Shown: positions 1 through 11,833 of the stretch, in pieces | Numbering within the stretch: position 1 is the stretch's first letter | How the letters are laid out: the number at the start of each line of letters is the position of its first letter | DNA from: Eubacteriales bacterium | GTDB taxonomy: Bacteria > Bacillota > Clostridia > Christensenellales > CAG-138 | Length of the DNA: 64,000 nt | Direction of reading: 5' to 3' | Assembly: GCA_034933205.1 (NCBI GenBank) | Contig: JAYFNY010000052.1 | Location: 1,391-65,390, forward strand | The notes under the pieces: generated by a model | Seen by the model: only the letters and a program-made list of their open reading frames with translations | What the model was told of the DNA's origin: nothing | Database searches by the model: none | Program-made: the position numbers and the translations under genes

Positions 1-1303
1 CCAGAATTGCCTGCGCCTGCCGTTCGGAGAGGCCGAAACGGTCGATTAATTTCTGTTTGGCTTCGTTGGGACTTGCGCTCTTTTTGATCAAATCGACAAT
101 CTCGTCGATATTATCCAGCGCAATGATCAATCCTTCCAGAATATGGAGCCGTTCCTTGGCGCGGTTGAGATCGTAGGTCGTCCTGCGGGTCACGACCGAC
201 TTCTGATGCTCCAGATAGTAATAAAGCACGTCGCGCAACGGAAGGATTTTCGGCTCGCCATCCACCAGCATGAGCATAATTACGCCGAAGGTAGCTTGCA
301 GATCCGTATGCTTATAAAGCTGATTCAGTATGACGCTTCCGTTGACGTCCTTCTTGAGTTCAATGACGATACGCATACCGGTGCGATCGGTTTCGTCGCG
401 AAGGTCGCTGATCCCTTCCACGCGCTTTTCGTGGACGAGTTCGGCGATTCGCTCCACAAGTCTTGCCTTGTTCACCTGATACGGAATCTCGGTAATGATG
501 ATGCGGCTCTTCCCTGCGCCGTACGCTTCGATCTCCGCCCTGGCTCGCACGATAAGGCGGCCTCTTCCGGTGCGGTATGCGCTCGCAATGCCGCTTAGCC
601 CCATGATAATGCCGCCCGTGGGGAAGTCCGGACCCGGCAGGTACTGCATCAGCCCGTCGCTGTCGATCTCGGGATCGTCGATCAACGCGCAGAGCGCGTC
701 GATTGTTTCGCCTAGATTATGCGGAGGGATGTTCGTCGCCATACCGACGGCAATACCATTGGAGCCGTTGACAAGGATATTGGGAAAACGGCTCGGCAGC
801 ACGGTAGGCTGCATGAGCGTTTCATCGAAATTCGGCATGAAATCGACGGTATCCTTCTCGATATCCGCCATCATTTCACTCGCCATCTTGGAAAGACGCG
901 CTTCGGTATAACGCATAGCCGCCGCGCTGTCGCCATCCACGCTTCCGAAATTGCCATGGCCTTCCACCAGCATGTAGCGCGTGGAAAAATCCTGCGCAAG
1001 ACGCACCATTGCGTCGTAGACCGAAGAATCACCGTGCGGATGGTATTTTCCGAGGCAATCGCCTACGATTCGGGCGCTCTTACGGAACGGCTTGTCCGGC
1101 TGCAACCCCAACTCGTCCATCGAGTAGAGAATACGCCGGTGAACCGGTTTTAAACCGTCCCTGACATCCGGCAGCGCGCGGTTGATAATAACCGCCATGG
1201 CATACGAAATGAAGCTTTTCTTCATCTCGCTTTCCAGTCGGATGGGTACGATGCGATTTGTCGTTTGTGTTGGCTGAACCGTTGTTGTGTCTTTTTCTTC
1301 CAT
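1..1303 (-). CDS. gyrA: DNA gyrase subunit A, N-terminal ~434 codons (3' end runs off the left window edge)
   Basis: Absent from the ORF track because it is open at the window edge. My minus-strand translation from the ATG at 1303 gives [10 protein letters not shown]...[30 protein letters not shown]...[23 protein letters not shown]...[21 protein letters not shown], which includes the catalytic-Tyr region. It lies 30 nt downstream of gyrB. Confidence 0.95.
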   Translation of the reverse strand, partial: MEEKDTTTVQPTQTTNRIVPIRLESEMKKSFISYAMAVIINRALPDVRDGLKPVHRRILYSMDELGLQPDKPFRKSARIVGDCLGKYHPHGDSSVYDAMVRLAQDFSTRYMLVEGHGNFGSVDGDSAAAMRYTEARLSKMASEMMADIEKDTVDFMPNFDETLMQPTVLPSRFPNILVNGSNGIAVGMATNIPPHNLGETIDALCALIDDPEIDSDGLMQYLPGPDFPTGGIIMGLSGIASAYRTGRGRLIVRARAEIEAYGAGKSRIIITEIPYQVNKARLVERIAELVHEKRVEGISDLRDETDRTGMRIVIELKKDVNGSVILNQLYKHTDLQATFGVIMLMLVDGEPKILPLRDVLYYYLEHQKSVVTRRTTYDLNRAKERLHILEGLIIALDNIDEIVDLIKKSASPNEAKQKLIDRFGLSERQAQAIL

Positions 1304-1333
1304 ACTCTTACTCTCTATTCCTCTAGGCTGCTC

Positions 1334-3331
<1,998 letters not shown>

Positions 3332-3336
3332 TTATT

Positions 3337-3642
3337 TTACGATTCCTGCTCCGCCTCGGAAATCGTGAGCACCGCAACCTCGTTTAAATACTCTCGCCCG
3401 ATTTCGCTTTTCCAGCGTTTCTCCAGGGTGCTCGTGGCGATGTGTGACGCAACCACTTTTTCCCTGCCTCTTTCACGGATCACCACATAGGATTTTGCTT
3501 TTCCCACGCACGGAGTCAACCGACGCTCTCGGCGCGCACGCTCCAGAAATTCCCTGGTCGACGGCGTCATACCGCTGTCGTTTAATACAAACAATATCTT
3601 GTCCAGCGGAATACTGACGTCCGCTCCAATATGCAGCAACAT
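3337..3642 (-). CDS. remB: DUF370/RemB-like small protein (the conserved gene between recF and gyrB)
   Basis: Start trimmed to the internal Met (MLLHIGADVSIPLDKILFVLN...), 14 nt after the recF stop. Its position and its resemblance to Bacillus YaaB/RemB support the call. The longer 135-aa ORF would overlap recF. Confidence 0.7.
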   Translation of the reverse strand: MLLHIGADVSIPLDKILFVLNDSGMTPSTREFLERARRERRLTPCVGKAKSYVVIRERGREKVVASHIATSTLEKRWKSEIGREYLNEVAVLTISEAEQES

Positions 3643-3656
3643 TTCCGATGCCCCTT

Positions 3657-4754
3657 CTAAACCTCGATCACGTGGCGGTCCGCCACCTGGTAGACCTGCA
3701 TCTGTTCTACGCCGGCCGCCGCTACCTCTTCCAGATGGGTACAAGTCAAAAACGTCTGGCAGTCCTGTGCGGCAATCAGCAGCATCCGCTGGCGGTTTCG
3801 GTCCAGCTCGGAAAAAACATCATCCAGCAGCAGTACCGGCGCATCGCCTTTCTCCGAACGGAGGATTTCAAGCTGCGCCAGTTTGAGACTTAATACGGTC
3901 GTTCGCTGCTGCCCCTGGGATCCGTAAACGCGGACGTCCGTGCGATTGATGGAAAGCCTCACATCGTCCCGGTGCGGGCCAACCGAGGTGCTCCCGCGAA
4001 ACACATCCCTTTCCGCGCTGTCCGCCAGAGCAAGACGCAGCGTCTTGACCAGATCGCCCGAGGATTCCGGCTCCACATCCGGTTCATACGAAACGGTAAG
4101 CTCCTCCGCCCCGTCGGACAGGGTATCGTGCTGTTCTGCGGCGATCATTCCCAACCGCTCCACAAGTTCTGCGCGCGCCAGAATGATCGAAGCGCCGAGA
4201 ACCGAAAGCTGCTCGTCCCAGCAGGCAAGCGTATCGTAATCCAGCCCGTCGGGATCCTTGAGCAACGCGTTACGCTGTTTCAGCGCATTGTTATACTGCT
4301 GCAGCGTATAGTAATAACTCGGGCGCAATTGGGAAATCGCCATATCGAGAAACCGCCGCCGCTCGCCAGGGCCATCCTTGACGAGGGAAAGATCCTCCGG
4401 AGCGAACATCACAACGTTCAGGCAGCCAAGCAACTCCCCGGAACGCGACAGCGCCGTACCGTCGATAGAGAATTTTTTTCGCTCACCGGAAAACAGTTTG
4501 CACTCGATCCTGCGAGGACCGCCGCGCGTATCCACATCCACTGCGACGCTTGCAAACGCCTCTTTGGAACGCACCATTTCGCCGTCCCGCACCGTGCGGT
4601 GACTGCGCCCCAGAGAACATAAAAAGAGCGCTTCCAGCACGTTCGTCTTGCCCGCGGCGTTTTCTCCCGTCAGTACGCAAAGACCCGCGTCCGGGCGGAG
4701 GGAAAGCGATGGATAATTTCTAAAATTGACGAGCCGAAGGCTGGTTACGCGCAT
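3657..4754 (-). CDS. recF: DNA replication/repair protein RecF
   Basis: 365 aa. N-terminus MRVTSLRLVNFRNY, Walker A GENAAGKTNVLEA, Walker B-like LLLDDVFSELD. Confidence 0.95.
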   Translation of the reverse strand: MRVTSLRLVNFRNYPSLSLRPDAGLCVLTGENAAGKTNVLEALFLCSLGRSHRTVRDGEMVRSKEAFASVAVDVDTRGGPRRIECKLFSGERKKFSIDGTALSRSGELLGCLNVVMFAPEDLSLVKDGPGERRRFLDMAISQLRPSYYYTLQQYNNALKQRNALLKDPDGLDYDTLACWDEQLSVLGASIILARAELVERLGMIAAEQHDTLSDGAEELTVSYEPDVEPESSGDLVKTLRLALADSAERDVFRGSTSVGPHRDDVRLSINRTDVRVYGSQGQQRTTVLSLKLAQLEILRSEKGDAPVLLLDDVFSELDRNRQRMLLIAAQDCQTFLTCTHLEEVAAAGVEQMQVYQVADRHVIEV

Positions 4755-4943
4755 GCGTTCGCTACTCTGTCTTCCCTGTTATTTTGTATAGTATACCATA
4801 AGAATACGTTTCTGTATATATATTATAGAAAAGAAGTGGTACTATCCGCTTATTCTATTGAGATTTTACTCAGTTTTCAAGCACGTTCGCCTGCTTTCGG
4901 CATGTGTCTGCCAGTTCGCGGAAAAATAGTCCCTCCCCATACG

Positions 4944-4975
4944 AAAACCGGACGCAAATTCAAATCTGCGTCCGG
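4944..4975 (-). terminator. Rho-independent terminator after the DUF4956 gene
   Basis: 9-bp stem ccggacgca / tgcgtccgg (4948-4956 and 4967-4975). On the minus strand it is followed by TTTT. Confidence 0.7.
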
Positions 4976-5098
4976 TAAACAAGCACTCTATTTCATTGAT
5001 TTTCTGTCAAACCGCACACGGGCAAACGCGAAGAAAAGCCGCTTTTTCAAGCACCGTCGCTTTGTCAATGGGCTGGCGGAACGGGCTTCGATACTTCC

Positions 5099-5791
5099 TT
5101 ACGAAAGCAGATCGCCCTGATGCGCCACCAAAGTCGCGTCAAATACGCCCGGCACCCGCAGGAACTTATCCACGAAGTCCGTATCGCTTTCGCGTATACG
5201 AATCTCAATGGTCAGCTCGATCCCGTCGTGCTGGACGGTCTTGCTCTTGATGTGCGCTTTGGGCAGCTGACGAATCAGGCCTTTGATCTGCTGGCTTGCG
5301 CGGTCGTCAAAATGCAGGATCAGCAGATAGGGCATAGAACTGTTCCCTTTTGCCGAGGTGATGATGACCATGATCACGCCGATGACCAGCGCACCGATCA
5401 ATCCGACGTCCACAAACCCCGCGCCGAGAGCCAGACCTTCGCCCACCGCCCAGAACATGTAAACCGTATCGATGGGGTCCTTGATCGCGGTGCGGAAACG
5501 CACGATGGACAGCGCGCCGACCATGCCGAGCGACAGCGTAAGGTTGGAACTGATCAGCATGATCACCAGCGCGGAAACCATGGTCAGCAGGATCAGGCTC
5601 AGGTTGAACGAGCGCGAGTAAACGACGCCGGCAAACGTCTTCTTATAGATAAAATAAAGAAAACCGCCGATCGCCAGGGCAATGACCAGCGTCAGGATCA
5701 CCTGAAGCGGGTTGAGCGTGCTGGAAAACAGCTCCTTGATGTTGAACGCGGTCGCGAGTGGATCGGATGCCGCGCGCAGAGTGGTATTCAT
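5099..5791 (-). CDS. DUF4956-like polytopic membrane protein
   Basis: Start moved to MNTTL, which is preceded by AAGGAGG plus 6 nt. Several hydrophobic helices and an SIVRFRTAIKDP motif typical of DUF4956. Last gene of the CotH-VTC cluster. Confidence 0.75.
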   Translation of the reverse strand: MNTTLRAASDPLATAFNIKELFSSTLNPLQVILTLVIALAIGGFLYFIYKKTFAGVVYSRSFNLSLILLTMVSALVIMLISSNLTLSLGMVGALSIVRFRTAIKDPIDTVYMFWAVGEGLALGAGFVDVGLIGALVIGVIMVIITSAKGNSSMPYLLILHFDDRASQQIKGLIRQLPKAHIKSKTVQHDGIELTIEIRIRESDTDFVDKFLRVPGVFDATLVAHQGDLLS

Positions 5792-5871
5792 TTGTTGCCT
5801 CCTTACCATCATCCTGATAGCAAACTGATAACGCGCCCAGCGCGAAGAAATCCAATTATCCCAATCCGGGT

Positions 5872-6585
5872 CTAAAACTCATACTGCCGGCAAAACACAT
5901 ATTTACTTGCGGCGGTACGCTCGGAAGCGCCCAGCGTCAGCAGTTCCTGCACGTACAGAGGCAAGCTCTCGTTGAACTTCACTTCCAGAACCATGCAGTT
6001 GCGCAAATCCCACACAGGGTAGGTTACCACGTTGGGATTGAACAGATCGACGCAACGCATTGCGGTGCGGATATCCTTGTCAAACGTAATGCGAACATCC
6101 TCGGCCGGAAATACATACGGTTCACGCATATAGTCCACCAGTACTTTCGGCTGCAGATGGTTGGAGAGGAAAATACCGTAAAACTGCATGGCGAACGGGC
6201 TTTCGTTCGTTCGAAGGCACGAATACCTTCCCCGTATAATCTGCTCGCACTCTTCGCGGCTGATGGACACGCTGTCCTTCTTGATGAACTGTCCTTCCTT
6301 ATGCTTGCGCTCCAGCTTAATCGCACTGTCCGAGTAATTATAGATACGAATCCGGAACTTGTCCCGCGAGCCAATGCCGCTCGATTTTTCCCACAGTGCC
6401 GAATCAAACGGATCGTCAAAATACAAGCTGCGAATAAAGTATTCCCCACCGTTGATTGAGGCATGATAGTCCTGCTTCAGGCATGCCTTCATTCGGGTGG
6501 CGAGCAGCCGGTGCTCTCCCTCGGAGATGATGTATTTCAGTTCGTGCCGGTATTGCTTGCCGGCAAGCTCTCGATTATTCGCCAT
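5872..6585 (-). CDS. VTC-domain (triphosphate-tunnel, polyphosphate-polymerase-like) protein
   Basis: 237 aa. It begins ...YRHELKYIIS (the ExK tunnel motif), followed by IRSLYFDD and KFRIRIYN, a beta-rich CYTH/VTC-like pattern. The start overlaps the upstream CotH stop by 11 nt. Confidence 0.75.
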   Translation of the reverse strand: MANNRELAGKQYRHELKYIISEGEHRLLATRMKACLKQDYHASINGGEYFIRSLYFDDPFDSALWEKSSGIGSRDKFRIRIYNYSDSAIKLERKHKEGQFIKKDSVSISREECEQIIRGRYSCLRTNESPFAMQFYGIFLSNHLQPKVLVDYMREPYVFPAEDVRITFDKDIRTAMRCVDLFNPNVVTYPVWDLRNCMVLEVKFNESLPLYVQELLTLGASERTAASKYVFCRQYEF

Positions 6586-9500
6586 TTGCCGCCGTATCTT
6601 CCAGTGTTGTTACGCGACCGAAGAGGTTTACCATCTCTGAATCACTGAGGCTGAAGTAGTTCTGGACGTACTTCAACGCGTATTCCTGATAGTGATTCGC
6701 ATAGTCGCGAATGTTATCACAGTGCTGCTGCCAGGATTTATAATTAATATTGTCCCAAAGATCGACGTCGTACTTCATCTCGTCGGCGATATTGCCCTGC
6801 AGGCGATCCACCATAGCGTTGATCTTCTCCGGCGTATAGACTTCGTTGAGCATAATCGCCACTTTTTCGAGGAACATCTGCCGGAACGAAGAGTTGGCTA
6901 GCAACGCACGAATCAGCACCGTCGAGGTGGCTTTGCTGGAGCCGTGTCCTTCGGGATTAAAGTAACGCGAGAAAAAGTCCCTTCGATACCCGCTGGTGTA
7001 CGCATCGCTATTATCGTCGTTGCGGTTCATTGCCCAGCAGAAATCATAGAGTATCCAGCGCCACTTATTGTCCTTTTCCGGACTGCGCCAGTATTTCACG
7101 TTACCGGAGTCCGTATTCCCAATAATGATCTCCGCCGCAACATAGGTTGCGTAATTCTCCGTGTCCATGAGCGAATTGATATGCTCATAGTTCGACGGAT
7201 CGCTCAGATCGTGGCTGCCGGCCCACTCCACCATATCGGTATAGTCCTGCCAGCCGTTGCCCGCTAGAACGCAAAACTGATTTCCGTTGCCATAGAGCAG
7301 GTCAACCGAATCGGGATTGCTCAGGTGGAACCGTTCCGCGACGAAATCCTCCGTAATCCGTTCCATAAAGTCATATACGCCCCAGTATTGCCCGTTGATG
7401 AGTACGACGACCTGTTTATGCGCCTGTACCACCACCGCGCGATCCTCCGGAAGGCCGTTATCCCCTTCTTCAAAGAGCGTGGTCACCAGATTGTCGCGAA
7501 TCCGGCTGTAGGTTGCGTCCTGTGCGCTTGCGCGGAGAATCAGCGATTTGTAGCTCTGGATCGTCCGGTTTTCAAAGAACGGATAGTTGAACATCGAATC
7601 GCCGTAAGCGCCGCGCGCGATAAGCGCGAGACCTTTCTGCTCGTTGTTGCGCGAGAACTGGCCCTGGATCTGAACGATTCCATCTCCGCTGAATACGGAA
7701 ACGCCGCTCGCGTCGATATAATCAAAGTGCACATCCCGTTCCCATTCGCGCCCAAGCGGATCGGGATGGGATTTCGGCTGCGCGTTGAAGTTGGCAAGGT
7801 TCCAGTTCGGATCCTGCATACCGTTGGCAATGCGGGTATCGGTCGGCTGCTGGCCGGAGACTTCCGCAAAATCATTTCCGACAACATAGATGCCGGTCGC
7901 GGAATCCCACAAGTTTGCCGGGTCGGTAACAATGCTGACCACCGGCAACGAGTAGCGGTGGCTTAGCACCGTACTCTCGCCCGTATAGACCACATAGGTC
8001 TGGCTGGCGACGTCGCTGCCCATATAGCCGCTCTTAAACGCACGCACACGCAGAGGCGTGGTCTTCGAGATCGTAATCTGACCGTTATAACGCGCAGAAC
8101 TCTCGGTCGGCACCGTTCCATCCGTCGTATAAGTCGCGGTGCAGCCCTCCGGTACCTCAACGGTAACCTGCTGAGCGCTGTCGAACGTTCCGCCGGAGGT
8201 TACGATCTTTGGCTTGTCCGCGTATCCGGCGAACCCGGAACCGTTAACAGCGTTCGGCGTCGGCGTTTCATAAAAGAGAAGGCTCGTATCCGTTCTGCCA
8301 TAGCTTATGTCCGCATGGCCTTTTGGCACCTGCAGTTTATCCAGAATCGTTCCGTCCGGAGAAAAGAGAAACACCACGCCTCCGGCGGAGGAAATCCCGA
8401 AATTCGTTTCTAGATTATTTTTTTTTTGCGCGTCGGATACATTCTTGCCCGACGCGAGAACCGTTAAATATTCGCCCGCATCCAGCGTGATATCGGGAAA
8501 GACCCATTTGGCGGGATTTTTCGCGTTGTTACTCAGTGCATACCCCGAAAGCGAGATCGGCGAACCCGTCCGATTATGGATTTCAATCCAGTCGTAATAT
8601 CCCCCGTCCGGCTGTTTCAGATAGGATACGTTTGCGTTAAGCACCTCGGAGATGACAACGTCGCCCGTACCGTAAGCCAAGGTCTTCAGAAAGGACTGCA
8701 ATCCTGCGTTATTATTCGTATACCCGGGCGTTGGCTGGGAGCAAACCGTCCATTCGCCCGTGCCATCCGGATTGCGCGCCATGCTGATATCCGTTTGCGC
8801 GCGAGTATAGTCGTATTCATCCAATATGCGTCCCGCGGGCGTAGAGAAAACAACGCTTTCCTGATAAGCTGCAAGACCAAATGGCGCCTCGATCTTATCC
8901 GATCCTTCCGGCGTCTCTCCCCCGGTACAGTAAATCAGAAGCACACCGTTGGCGGGAATACTCGTTCCCTGCGGCAGCGTATACTTGAGCGGCTGCGTTG
9001 CGGAGTCCGAAATTCCGTACCCGCTCAGATCCACGTCCGATCCGGTCGTGTTATAAAGCTCGATCCAGTCGCAATACGCGCCGTCCGGCCCGATCAGGGT
9101 GGAAGCGTTGCTCGCCATAAATTCATTGAGGTATACGCCGATCGATTCGTCTGCAGAAGCGGAAAGCGTTGCAAGATACTGCGCCGCACCGTCGTCCGTA
9201 TTGGGATATCCGGGGCTCGGCAGCATCTCCTTCCAGGTGGAGTCGTCGTCTGCGCTGCGCCCGAGCGAATACCCGCTCGTGACCGGTTTCAGCGAGATGC
9301 TGTCCACCACCTTTCCGGACACCGTAGAGAGAATCACCTCGTCCGAAGCGGAAAGTTTAAAAGGCGTATGCATTTTGCCGCGGGTCGTATCCCCGCTGCA
9401 GAACACAACAAGATACCCGTGCGGTTCCATAACCGATCCTTCGGGAAACGTCCACTTTGCGGCGGAAATCAGCTTGTCCGTCAGTCCGTAGCCGGAAATA

Positions 9501-9742
9501 TCGAGCGATGTGTCCGTATTGTTATAAATCTCCACCCAATCCGGAAAATCGCCCGTTTCGTCGGGAACCGAGCCTTTGTTGCTCGTCATCACTTCGTTGA
9601 TCTCAACCTGCGCAACTTCGTCCCCGGACGAACCCGATCCGCCGTTTTTCAGATAAAGAATGAGTGCGACCGCGCATACGGCAAGCAGGACCACGATCAG
9701 TAGTCTTCGCGCTGCGGCTGCTCTCCTTCTTCGATTTGCCAT
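6575..9742 (-). CDS. Membrane-anchored, extracytoplasmic CotH-family kinase-like protein with three lamin-tail (LTD) repeats and a chitobiase/hexosaminidase C-terminal-like module
   Basis: 1055 aa. N-terminal signal anchor RRRRAAAARRLLIVVLLAVCAVALILYL. Three LTD-like repeats: VEINEVM...DWVEIYNNT...ISGYGLTDK, VYLNEFM...DWIELYNTT...LSGYGISDS and VVISEVL...DWIEIHNRT...LSGYALSNN. The C-terminal half is CotH-like (LILRASAQD..., INGQYWGVYDFMERI). Confidence 0.8.
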   Translation of the reverse strand: MANRRRRAAAARRLLIVVLLAVCAVALILYLKNGGSGSSGDEVAQVEINEVMTSNKGSVPDETGDFPDWVEIYNNTDTSLDISGYGLTDKLISAAKWTFPEGSVMEPHGYLVVFCSGDTTRGKMHTPFKLSASDEVILSTVSGKVVDSISLKPVTSGYSLGRSADDDSTWKEMLPSPGYPNTDDGAAQYLATLSASADESIGVYLNEFMASNASTLIGPDGAYCDWIELYNTTGSDVDLSGYGISDSATQPLKYTLPQGTSIPANGVLLIYCTGGETPEGSDKIEAPFGLAAYQESVVFSTPAGRILDEYDYTRAQTDISMARNPDGTGEWTVCSQPTPGYTNNNAGLQSFLKTLAYGTGDVVISEVLNANVSYLKQPDGGYYDWIEIHNRTGSPISLSGYALSNNAKNPAKWVFPDITLDAGEYLTVLASGKNVSDAQKKNNLETNFGISSAGGVVFLFSPDGTILDKLQVPKGHADISYGRTDTSLLFYETPTPNAVNGSGFAGYADKPKIVTSGGTFDSAQQVTVEVPEGCTATYTTDGTVPTESSARYNGQITISKTTPLRVRAFKSGYMGSDVASQTYVVYTGESTVLSHRYSLPVVSIVTDPANLWDSATGIYVVGNDFAEVSGQQPTDTRIANGMQDPNWNLANFNAQPKSHPDPLGREWERDVHFDYIDASGVSVFSGDGIVQIQGQFSRNNEQKGLALIARGAYGDSMFNYPFFENRTIQSYKSLILRASAQDATYSRIRDNLVTTLFEEGDNGLPEDRAVVVQAHKQVVVLINGQYWGVYDFMERITEDFVAERFHLSNPDSVDLLYGNGNQFCVLAGNGWQDYTDMVEWAGSHDLSDPSNYEHINSLMDTENYATYVAAEIIIGNTDSGNVKYWRSPEKDNKWRWILYDFCWAMNRNDDNSDAYTSGYRRDFFSRYFNPEGHGSSKATSTVLIRALLANSSFRQMFLEKVAIMLNEVYTPEKINAMVDRLQGNIADEMKYDVDLWDNINYKSWQQHCDNIRDYANHYQEYALKYVQNYFSLSDSEMVNLFGRVTTLEDTAANGE

Positions 9743-9793
9743 GAACAGAATACTCCTTTCGCGAAGATGCGGCTGCGCATTTTCGCAACGTCC

Positions 9794-9822
9794 AGTTTAC
9801 CATACGGCTAGGCCCATGCCAA
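9794..9822 (-). promoter_or_regulatory. Putative SigA-type promoter of the CotH-VTC-DUF4956 cluster
   Basis: The minus strand reads TTGGCA-N17-TAAACT with a TGn extended -10. It lies about 50 nt upstream of the CotH start. Confidence 0.45.
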
Positions 9823-9942
9823 TGATACCCCGATATTATTCACAAAATGTCCGAAATAAAACCTTAATCGTACCGCAGGCTCTTTTCCGTATATACAGCG
9901 CCATTCGTTCCGGATACATTCTCGCATTTCCACGCACGATTT

Positions 9943-10395
9943 CTACAGAACGCCCAGCAAAATAACCGCGACAAACACCGCGACAAACAGGAAAACCCCG
10001 CCGAGAATCATAAAAAACCGTGTAAAACCGAGCATCTGACGCGCATCCTCTTCAATATAAACGCGGCCGATGTTCTGCGGATCATAATACACGCCGACGC
10101 TTTGGCCAACGAGCAAATGGGCTGCACCGGAATAACTGGAAACATATTGCATCGGTTTCCCGTCGATCTGGAAACTGAAAACCGCACGCAGCGCGTTGGA
10201 ACCAAATTGGCTTTGCAGCGCGCTTACCGTACCTTCGGCATATGCGGTGCAGAGACTGCGCTTCCGGTTTTGCGCCATCGACACGCCCAGTCCGACAGCG
10301 AGGAAAATAATGCCAAGCAAACCGAACGTACCGGAAAAGATCGCAGTAAATAATTGCGCGAAGCTAATGCTTGTCATTGGAATAATCGCCTGCAT
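9943..10395 (-). CDS. DUF3592-like small membrane protein
   Basis: Start trimmed to MQAIIPMTSISF. Two terminal TM helices flank a beta-rich core (VSALQSQFGSNALRAVFSFQIDGKPMQYVSSYS). It overlaps the rarA 3' end by about 32 nt. Confidence 0.6.
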   Translation of the reverse strand: MQAIIPMTSISFAQLFTAIFSGTFGLLGIIFLAVGLGVSMAQNRKRSLCTAYAEGTVSALQSQFGSNALRAVFSFQIDGKPMQYVSSYSGAAHLLVGQSVGVYYDPQNIGRVYIEEDARQMLGFTRFFMILGGVFLFVAVFVAVILLGVL

Positions 10396-11761
10396 GGTTC
10401 TTCCCCTCTCTGCTACCAGTTTCATCGTTCTCGGTTTTTTCCGAAGATACGCCGTTCCTGAGCTTCTCGCGCCGCTCGTGGTTCTCCCGGATCTTGGCCT
10501 CCTGCCCCTGGTCGGACGGGTGATAATAACGTTTGCCGCGAATCGACAGCGGCATATACTCCTGCCTGACCCAGTGGCCGGGAAAATCATGAGGATACAG
10601 ATACCCTTTTCCGTGCCCTAGTTTTGACGCGCCGGAATAGGAGGTGTCCCGAAGATAAACCGGTACGGGTTCGTCAAAACTTGTTTCCGCATCCGCGGAA
10701 GCCTCGCCGAGCGCAACGACCACGCTGTTGGACTTGGGTGATTCGCAGAGAAAAAGGATCGCCTGCGTCAGGGACAGCCGCGCTTCCGGAAGGCCGATCA
10801 GCTCCAGCGCCTGCGCTGCGGCGACGGCCTGAACCATCGCCTGCGGATTCGCCAGCCCGATATCTTCGCTCGCATGCGCGATGAGCCGGCGCGCAATGAT
10901 GCGCGGATCCACGCCCGCATAAAGAAGCCGCGTAAACCAGGCGAGCGCCGCGTCCGAATCTCCCCCGCGCAGGCTCTTGCAAAAGGCGGAAAGCATGTCG
11001 TAAAAAAGCTGTTCGTCACATTTTACCACCTTTTTCTGGCTGGACTCCGCAGCGATTTCCTTCGTAATATGAATTTCTCCCGTATCGCCCGCCGGAGTGG
11101 TCAAAACCGCAAGCTCCAGCGCGTTCAGCGCGTTTCGGCAGTCCCCGTTTGCAATCGCGGAAAACGTATGCAGCGCCTCGTCGTCCAGACGCACGTTCCG
11201 ATTGCCAAAGCCGCGTTCCCCGTCCCGGAGGGCATGCAGAATCGCTTCCTCCACATCCTCACTGGACAGTGGGTAAAACTGGAACACCCGGCAGCGCGAA
11301 ACGATGGCGCTCGTCATCGAAATCATCGGATTCTCTGTCGTGGATCCGATGAAACGAATGGTCCCCTTCTCGAGCGCAGGCAACAAAGAATCGCTCTGCG
11401 TTTTACTCCAGCGATGGCATTCGTCGAGCAGCAGGTAGGTCGGCTGACGATAGAGTTTGAGCCTCTGCTGCGCTTCTTCAACGATTGCGCGCAGCTCCTT
11501 GACCCCGGCCGTAACGGCGTTGAGTTTTACAAAGGCGCCTCCCGTTGCGTTCGCAACGATCGCGGCGAGCGTCGTTTTCCCCGTCCCGGGTGGACCAAAG
11601 AAAATGGAAGACTGCAGCCGGTCGGTCAAGATGGCCCGCCGAAGCAGCTTCCCTTCGCCAACAATATGTTTCTGGCCGATGAATTCGTCCAGCGTGCGCG
11701 GCCGCATGCGATCCGCAAGCGGGGCATTTTCTTCTATGTTATTTGAGAATAAATCTTCCAT
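10364..11761 (-). CDS. rarA: Replication-associated recombination protein A (MgsA/RarA AAA+ ATPase)
   Basis: Walker A GPPGTGKTTLA, Walker B LLLDECHRW, MgsA C-terminal helix DPRIIARRLIAHASEDIGLANP. Start set at MEDLFSN. Confidence 0.9.
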   Translation of the reverse strand: MEDLFSNNIEENAPLADRMRPRTLDEFIGQKHIVGEGKLLRRAILTDRLQSSIFFGPPGTGKTTLAAIVANATGGAFVKLNAVTAGVKELRAIVEEAQQRLKLYRQPTYLLLDECHRWSKTQSDSLLPALEKGTIRFIGSTTENPMISMTSAIVSRCRVFQFYPLSSEDVEEAILHALRDGERGFGNRNVRLDDEALHTFSAIANGDCRNALNALELAVLTTPAGDTGEIHITKEIAAESSQKKVVKCDEQLFYDMLSAFCKSLRGGDSDAALAWFTRLLYAGVDPRIIARRLIAHASEDIGLANPQAMVQAVAAAQALELIGLPEARLSLTQAILFLCESPKSNSVVVALGEASADAETSFDEPVPVYLRDTSYSGASKLGHGKGYLYPHDFPGHWVRQEYMPLSIRGKRYYHPSDQGQEAKIRENHERREKLRNGVSSEKTENDETGSREGKNHAGDYSNDKH

Positions 11762-11833
11762 TTTTCTTATGTGCATCCGTTGCTGCAAAAGTCGTAATTC
11801 CGTGTCTGGCGCAGGCAGGATGTCCCGCGCTTC

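Noticed and set aside
143-1153. Plus-strand ORFs 143..598, 495..911 and 719..1153
   Set aside because: They lie antisense to an unambiguous GyrA reading frame. Their translations are Arg/His-rich with no recognisable motifs, as expected for shadow ORFs in high-GC DNA.
8576-9703. 375-aa plus-strand ORF
   Set aside because: It is antisense to the CotH-like gene. It has an Arg-rich, low-information composition and no RBS or motif.
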